Below, one piece after another: positions 59,068-64,000 of a DNA stretch of 64,000 nt. The position numbers were made by a program, and so were the translations under genes. Under the pieces are notes generated by a model. The model saw only the letters and a program-made list of their open reading frames with translations, was not told the DNA's origin and did no database searches. Position 1 is the stretch's first letter. Each line of letters starts with the position of its first letter. Origin of the DNA: an uncultured Acidobacteriota bacterium (lineage in GTDB: Bacteria > Acidobacteriota > Terriglobia > Acidiferrales > UBA7541); assembly GCA_963732325.1 (NCBI GenBank), contig CAVSYZ010000003.1, positions 31,079 through 95,078 on the forward strand, given 5' to 3'.

Positions 59068-61521
59068 CTACGATCCCCGGTACAACTCGAACGGCGCCCA
59101 ATAGAATGGCCGACGATAGACGCCGCCGGAATGTAGAAGCGCCAGTTTCGCGTCGCGCAAGGCCGCATCCGGCGGGACACCCTTGCCGATTTCGGAATAC
59201 AGATGGTCCATCAGCTGCGGCGTGGAATTATCGTTCACTTCCCATAGCGCGGCGATCACGCCATGCGCGCCGGCGCGCAAGAATGCCCAGGACAAACCGA
59301 CCAGGCCCTCCCCTGAATAAGTGCGCACGCCCTCGCCGTGGCACGCGGATATCGTGACCAGGTCGGCATGCAGAGGATGCTGAATGATGTCGCGGGCGTA
59401 GAGTTTGTAATCGTCTCCTTGCTTGGAAAGAATTACGGCCGAATCGAGCGGGCTGGTGCGGCTCGCCGTGCCGTGCGCTACAAAATGAATGTTGGAAAAA
59501 TCGGCGGGCTGGCTCTTCAGATACGAATCGGGCGTCGCCTCCGCGCCGGAAAAAACCGTGCGCTCGGCCGCGGGGAAATAATTCTCGATCCCCGTCATTT
59601 CCGCCGCGGCCTGCGGCAATTTCGGAAATTCCGCGTCCGGCGAAACGGGATCGCCCACTAGCAAAAGTTTCTTTGCAGCAGCCGCGTGCCGCGAAGCCCC
59701 AGCCGCCAGCAGCGTCAAAGAATTGGCGTACGATACGTCCACATCCTCAATCCAGTAATGCAATTCCGGCGCAGGCGCCAGCAAAGTCTCGAAATTCAAT
59801 CCATACAGGCTGCCATCCGGCAATATCGTGACCCGCGCCCCCTTCGGAATCATTTTCGCAGCCGGCGCCACCAACAAATCATAAAGCTTCCGCCCCGCCG
59901 CATTCTGCGTCTCCAACACGTCGCGCGACCCCAGCAGCGCCTGCCGGTAAGCCTGCACCAACGGATCAATCTCCTTCGCCGGCGGCAAACTGAAAAGCTG
60001 CACCCGCTCCGGCCTGATCACCCACACATACGAATGTTCTCCTCCCAGCCAGTAGGAGAGAATCGTAGCGTTCAAGCGTTTCGCAATTTGGCGAGGATTG
60101 AAGTCCTTTATTGGAAAGCCGGCGGAAGTGGAGTTGATGCCAAGCCCTTCGGCTAAAGTTCGCGCTCGACTCACTTCGGCCACCTGCAGCGCGTCCTTTG
60201 TTCTCCGATGCGAAACCAGAAAATCGGCATAATCGCCGTAGAGGTCTATCGAATCAGATAGGACTGACAAACGAGAATCTGCCCGCCGCAGCGACGATCG
60301 AGAAGATTCAATCGTCGCCATTGCATTTCGGAACTGTACCTCGGCATCCGCCGCTCGATTTTCGGCCGCAAAGACATTGGCAAGACCCGCTTGCGCATAC
60401 CACAGAAGGGATCGGTCGTCGCTGTCTTCCCGAATCACCGTGAGAAAGTCGGACTCTGCTCGATGGAAGTCCTCTCTTCCCGTTGCGATGTGGGCTTCCG
60501 TGAAAAGCGAATAGAGTTCTGGCAGGCGATCGTCGGTCGCATGTTCCAAAGCCAGCGCTTCGCGATTATGTTGCTCCGCTTCGTCATATCGCTTGCCGGT
60601 AAGGTCCACGACTGCAAGATTGCTCAGGCACACTGCCGTCATGGCCTTGTTCTCTAGTCTTTTCGCGATGTCCAGGGCCTGCTTGAAATTCTGCGCTGCC
60701 GCTGTGTAAGAATGTTGGTCATACTCAATCGAACCGATGTTCATCAGCCAGATCATAATGTCTTTATCCACGTGCAATTCGATCGCAACGGCCTTTGCAT
60801 CCGCAAGCAGGGAAAGAGCTCGCTCGAAATCTCCCATCTTGTAATAACTCCGCGCCAGGTTTCCAGTGACCTTTTCCGTCGCAATTCGGGCTTGGAGATT
60901 ATGAGAAAGATCCAGAGCTTGCATGTTCCAGTCAATTGATTCGTCGAAGCGTTGCTGGGTCATGGAAACGTACCCAAGGCTGCCAAGAGCCTTGAGCATT
61001 AGGAATGTCTGATTTTTCTCTCGGGCAAGTTGGAGGGACTTGCGATAGGCAATTTCAGCGGAAGGAAGGTCACCGCGTGCTACGGCCAAGTTACCGCGGC
61101 TCAAAACGACTTCGCCCATCAGGTCGGACCTGCTCGACTGCGCGAGGCGCTCCGCTTCGTCAACATGCCGATCCGCGTCATCCGATTCCTGCAATGCAGA
61201 GTCGGCAAGGCCTCGCAGAATCTCACGGTGCACAGCGATGTCGCCGCTGCGGAATGCCGCGGGTAATTCCGGATCTAAGAGTTGGAGTGCGTCTCTGTCC
61301 AAGCCGCGCCAAACGAGGACTTCCGCGTCAAGCATCCGAAAACGCAACGCCCAATCTTCGTCGCGCCCGCTGAACCGCTTGTATGCGGCGTCGGATTCGT
61401 TGAACGCGCCCACGAGGTCGCCGTGCTGAAACTTTTGCTGCGCATCTTGGTAAACTGCCGCGGGCTGCCGGGTTAGTGCCGTCCCCCCGCAACCCGAAAC
61501 TCCCAGAACCCAGCACAACAA
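59068..61521 (-). CDS. TPR-repeat CHAT-domain (caspase-like) protease; 5' end ambiguous (track start 61770 is a TTG overlapping the upstream gene by 238 nt)
   Basis: C-terminal CHAT domain: LLLVGDPV...NIHFVAHGTAS (catalytic His) and DLVTISACHGEG (catalytic Cys). There are 8 or more TPR-like repeats in the middle. A hydrophobic N-terminal segment LVLLCWVLGVSGCGG carries a lipobox-like VSGC. Confidence 0.8.
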   Translation of the reverse strand: MLCWVLGVSGCGGTALTRQPAAVYQDAQQKFQHGDLVGAFNESDAAYKRFSGRDEDWALRFRMLDAEVLVWRGLDRDALQLLDPELPAAFRSGDIAVHREILRGLADSALQESDDADRHVDEAERLAQSSRSDLMGEVVLSRGNLAVARGDLPSAEIAYRKSLQLAREKNQTFLMLKALGSLGYVSMTQQRFDESIDWNMQALDLSHNLQARIATEKVTGNLARSYYKMGDFERALSLLADAKAVAIELHVDKDIMIWLMNIGSIEYDQHSYTAAAQNFKQALDIAKRLENKAMTAVCLSNLAVVDLTGKRYDEAEQHNREALALEHATDDRLPELYSLFTEAHIATGREDFHRAESDFLTVIREDSDDRSLLWYAQAGLANVFAAENRAADAEVQFRNAMATIESSRSSLRRADSRLSVLSDSIDLYGDYADFLVSHRRTKDALQVAEVSRARTLAEGLGINSTSAGFPIKDFNPRQIAKRLNATILSYWLGGEHSYVWVIRPERVQLFSLPPAKEIDPLVQAYRQALLGSRDVLETQNAAGRKLYDLLVAPAAKMIPKGARVTILPDGSLYGLNFETLLAPAPELHYWIEDVDVSYANSLTLLAAGASRHAAAAKKLLLVGDPVSPDAEFPKLPQAAAEMTGIENYFPAAERTVFSGAEATPDSYLKSQPADFSNIHFVAHGTASRTSPLDSAVILSKQGDDYKLYARDIIQHPLHADLVTISACHGEGVRTYSGEGLVGLSWAFLRAGAHGVIAALWEVNDNSTPQLMDHLYSEIGKGVPPDAALRDAKLALLHSGGVYRRPFYWAPFELYRGS

Positions 61522-61532
61522 GACTAAATCTA

Positions 61533-62381
61533 TCAGGGAAAAGTAGTGCCACCGCCGCCAGTGGTCGGGCCGACGGTTGCGCCGGCGCTGGGCGATCCCA
61601 GCTCCAGGCGCAGCATGGTCACTTGGCGCTCGTACTGCTGCAGCATCACTTCGCCCAGATAGACTTTGCCGAACTGCGGCACCTCGATCACATTGCCGTA
61701 TACTTTCAGCTCCCCGCAATTGTCCTTGAACTCCCCGCAACACGTCTTGAATCCTTTTACCAGCGAACAAAGTACGATCCCCTTCGACTCCGGGAAGTCA
61801 TCTCCCGCGAACCAGTTATACCGTTCGCGGAGGAAATCCGGTACTTCGAACTTGGGCTTGCCCCATAGAAAAATGGACTGCATGCGATCGCGGTATTGCT
61901 GATCGCCCTTGTACGCTTTCCTGAAAGCTTCGAACGTGCCGAAGCGGTTGAATAAATCGGTGTCCAGTTCCACCTCAATCGGGCAGCCGGCAATCCGCAG
62001 GTTTTCGAAATGGCTGCCGATCGGTGTGATCGTCGGCTCGACGTCAGTTATAAGTTGTTTCGACGCCACACGCGCCACGATGCGGTCCGCCGTAACCATG
62101 TCGAGAATGTTCAAGCCCTCGATCGTGGACGACGCGAGCGTCGTGTAGCTTCCATCCTTTTCATTCCGGCTGCCGGCCACCTCCGTGTGCGCAGCGGTGT
62201 ACGAGATCGTCTCATTCAGGCGAAAATTCTCCCGGCGCGATACCTCGTAGCCGCCTTCTGTCGGCAGCGACGCGCCCGCATGCACATCCAAAACATGCTG
62301 GAACGGCCGGTCAATGCGTCCGCCAAAGCCGTAACCGTGAGCGTTGTAGAGATAAATCTTCTTGATGGGGTCGGTCGGCAT
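61533..62381 (-). CDS. Orphan 282-aa protein (no signal peptide, no TM segment)
   Basis: ATG is preceded by a strong AGGAGG SD. MPTDPIKKIYLYNAHGYGFGGRIDRPF... Cys cluster KTCCGEFKDNCGE and Gly/Thr-rich tail GPTTGGGGTTFP. It sits between the anti-sigma and CHAT genes. I recognise no family. Confidence 0.7.
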   Translation of the reverse strand: MPTDPIKKIYLYNAHGYGFGGRIDRPFQHVLDVHAGASLPTEGGYEVSRRENFRLNETISYTAAHTEVAGSRNEKDGSYTTLASSTIEGLNILDMVTADRIVARVASKQLITDVEPTITPIGSHFENLRIAGCPIEVELDTDLFNRFGTFEAFRKAYKGDQQYRDRMQSIFLWGKPKFEVPDFLRERYNWFAGDDFPESKGIVLCSLVKGFKTCCGEFKDNCGELKVYGNVIEVPQFGKVYLGEVMLQQYERQVTMLRLELGSPSAGATVGPTTGGGGTTFP

Positions 62382-62414
62382 CGGAATTAACCTCCTGCCT
62401 CAGAAATGGATTAT

Positions 62415-63149
62415 TTATTGCGAGACAACAAGTGTGAATGGATAGCGAGCTACTTCGGCGGCACTGCCGGTTGCGCTGCCGTGCGTCCCAAGTCCGCGCA
62501 CAACCAACTCGTGCTTGCCGGGCCCCAAGCTTGAAGATGGAATCAGCAACTGCACGGCATTCTTAGCTTGTTCGGTGGAAATGTTCAAGGAATATTCCGC
62601 CGCGCCGGCGGAATTTACAATTTCATAGATGTACGAGGAGTAATGTTCGTCCGGAGGAATATCAAAATACAAACTGAACGGCTGACCCGGAGCAACCGTC
62701 ACCGTCAACGGCTCACCACCGCGCGAGCCCGCCGTGATCAGTGAGAACGAAGCGAGCGCTTGCGGTGCAGCTGTCGCCAGCGCACCAGCGGACTGCGGCC
62801 CCGCACCCTTGAGCCGCGGAATCACCAAAAAACTTTGGTACGCCACTAGCAGCAACAGCGCTGCGAACACCGGCACCGCGAAGCTCGGCCGCAAGAACGC
62901 GCCGAACCACCCGCTTGCAGCCGGACGCTCTCTCGTCGCACTCACCGGCAGACGGACGGGCGGCGTCACGGGCTCGGATCCCATAGCCGCCCGGCTATTT
63001 TCAACGAACGCCGCCGCCAGGCTCAGCTCTTCCGCGCATTCCGCGCAGCCGAAGAAGTGCTCCTCGTATTGTTCGCGGAGGTCGCTCGGTAGCTCTCCGA
63101 GGACGTACCGCTCAGCGGCTTTCAATTGGATAGCTTGTATGTGTTCCAT
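62415..63149 (-). CDS. zf-HC2 anti-sigma factor, single-pass membrane protein
   Basis: MEHIQAIQLKAAERYVLGELPSDLREQYEEHFFGCAECAEEL (H-x3-C-x2-C), TM segment FAVPVFAALLLLVAYQSFLVI, and a beta-rich extracytoplasmic C-terminus. Confidence 0.85.
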   Translation of the reverse strand: MEHIQAIQLKAAERYVLGELPSDLREQYEEHFFGCAECAEELSLAAAFVENSRAAMGSEPVTPPVRLPVSATRERPAASGWFGAFLRPSFAVPVFAALLLLVAYQSFLVIPRLKGAGPQSAGALATAAPQALASFSLITAGSRGGEPLTVTVAPGQPFSLYFDIPPDEHYSSYIYEIVNSAGAAEYSLNISTEQAKNAVQLLIPSSSLGPGKHELVVRGLGTHGSATGSAAEVARYPFTLVVSQ

Positions 63150-63204
63150 GTATTCCGTCCTACCAGTAGTGACCCAGGACCCCAAATCGTTTCATCCAGC
63201 TTCC

Positions 63205-63864
63205 CTATTGTTTCGCGGTCCGCGGCCCCTCCGCCCCGCTCTTCTCATAGAAAACGCGGAAGTTGTTCTTAGCGCGATGCAGCAACACCCTCAAATAGTC
63301 GCGATCCACACCAAATTCCCTGCAAACCTGGTCTTTCTCCTTTTCTTCCAGGAAGATAGCGCGCAGCAAGCGCCGTTCCTTTTCGGGAAGCTGCTGCAGC
63401 ACCTTCCTCACCTGTTCGCGCGTCTCCTTGCTTACCAGGAAGCCATCCAGATCCAGCACTTGGTCGATGGGTTCCGCTGTATCTTCATCCAGCTGCGTGC
63501 CGTGATTCGAGGATCGGTAAAACTCCTGCAACACATTGTTGCAAACAGAGTTAACGAAGGCCCCGAGCCTTTCCGGCTGCCTGATTCCCGTTTCAGAACT
63601 CATCGCCTTGAATACCCGCAGAAACGTTTCCTGCGCGATATCCTCTACAGCCTGCGACCCGCGCAAGCGTGACCTCAGCTTAATGACCAGCAGTTTTCGG
63701 AAGTAGGCAACGAAGTGCTGCTCCGTCGGGAAGTCCCGTTCCCGGAGACGTTTAAGGTAGGCCTCATCGAAGGAGAAAAATTCCACGCGAGCCTCGAAAG
63801 GGAAGCGAGAGTATATCCTGCCCCGGATGAACTGCGCAATCGAACGCCTGTCCAGGTCTGCCAC
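63205..63864 (-). CDS. ECF-type RNA polymerase sigma-70 family factor
   Basis: Region 2 DIAQETFLRVF and region 4 LPEKERRLLRAIFLEEKEKDQVCREFGVDRDYLRVLLHRAKNNF. Confidence 0.88.
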   Translation of the reverse strand: MADLDRRSIAQFIRGRIYSRFPFEARVEFFSFDEAYLKRLRERDFPTEQHFVAYFRKLLVIKLRSRLRGSQAVEDIAQETFLRVFKAMSSETGIRQPERLGAFVNSVCNNVLQEFYRSSNHGTQLDEDTAEPIDQVLDLDGFLVSKETREQVRKVLQQLPEKERRLLRAIFLEEKEKDQVCREFGVDRDYLRVLLHRAKNNFRVFYEKSGAEGPRTAKQ

Positions 63865-63919
63865 ACCTTAAGGCAGCTCGCGCCCTGCTGCTTGCACCGA
63901 TTAGGCCCTCCACAAAGTA

Positions 63920-63937
63920 TTTCATTCGCGAATGAAA
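63920..63937. promoter_or_regulatory. Perfect 18-nt palindrome upstream of the ECF sigma gene
   Basis: TTTCATTCG|CGAATGAAA, 56-73 nt upstream of the sigma ATG. Confidence 0.4.
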
Positions 63938-64000
63938 CGTTTCGTCGCACGAGCGCACTACTGTGCGTACTTGTACTGAGACTGGATTGGGAGCTCAGAT

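Noticed and set aside
61533-62381. Calling the 282-aa protein a bacterial gasdermin or a Csx30 homolog
   Set aside because: Its size and its position next to a CHAT protease are suggestive. However, I cannot recognise gasdermin or Csx30 sequence features by eye, so it is left as an orphan and flagged for structure-based comparison.

Overview
GC-rich chromosomal segment, probably from an Acidobacteriota (Terriglobia-like) genome. That assignment is an inference from three paralogs of the VWFA-related acidobacterial-domain type, two Ser/Thr-kinase-TPR proteins, a DUF3857/transglutaminase-TPR protein and a GH63-like glucosidase. Most of the window is housekeeping and mostly on the minus strand: rpsL-rpsG-fusA (fusA runs off the window start), rpsB-tsf-pyrH-frr, rplM-rpsI, lexA, recA, ileS-lspA-lgt, rluD, korAB, and thiolase/hbd genes. 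No rRNA, tRNA, CRISPR array or transposase could be supported. ORF-track starts use the most upstream ATG/GTG/TTG, so many are over-extended; I trimmed them where homology, Shine-Dalgarno (SD) sequences or promoters indicate a later start. Main observations: (1) An operon of two tandem paralogous 70/79-aa peptide genes followed by a SagB-type dehydrogenase with a PqqD/RRE-like N-terminus and no cyclodehydratase nearby; this is my top candidate for an undescribed RiPP-like system. (2) An operon of ECF sigma, zf-HC2 anti-sigma, an orphan 282-aa protein and a TPR-CHAT protease. (3) A 24-nt direct-repeat motif (TTCGC-N6-TTCGCCTA) upstream of lexA, recA and a UvrD-nuclease fusion, a candidate SOS operator for this lineage. 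(4) A textbook MerR-type promoter with a 19-bp spacer driving a small secreted protein with a vicinal-Cys motif. (5) Two families of REP-like hairpin repeats, including a tandem pair between korA and korB. (6) Paralogous promoters for the two kinases, one implying a leaderless mRNA. All function calls come from reading the translated sequences by eye; no database search was run.
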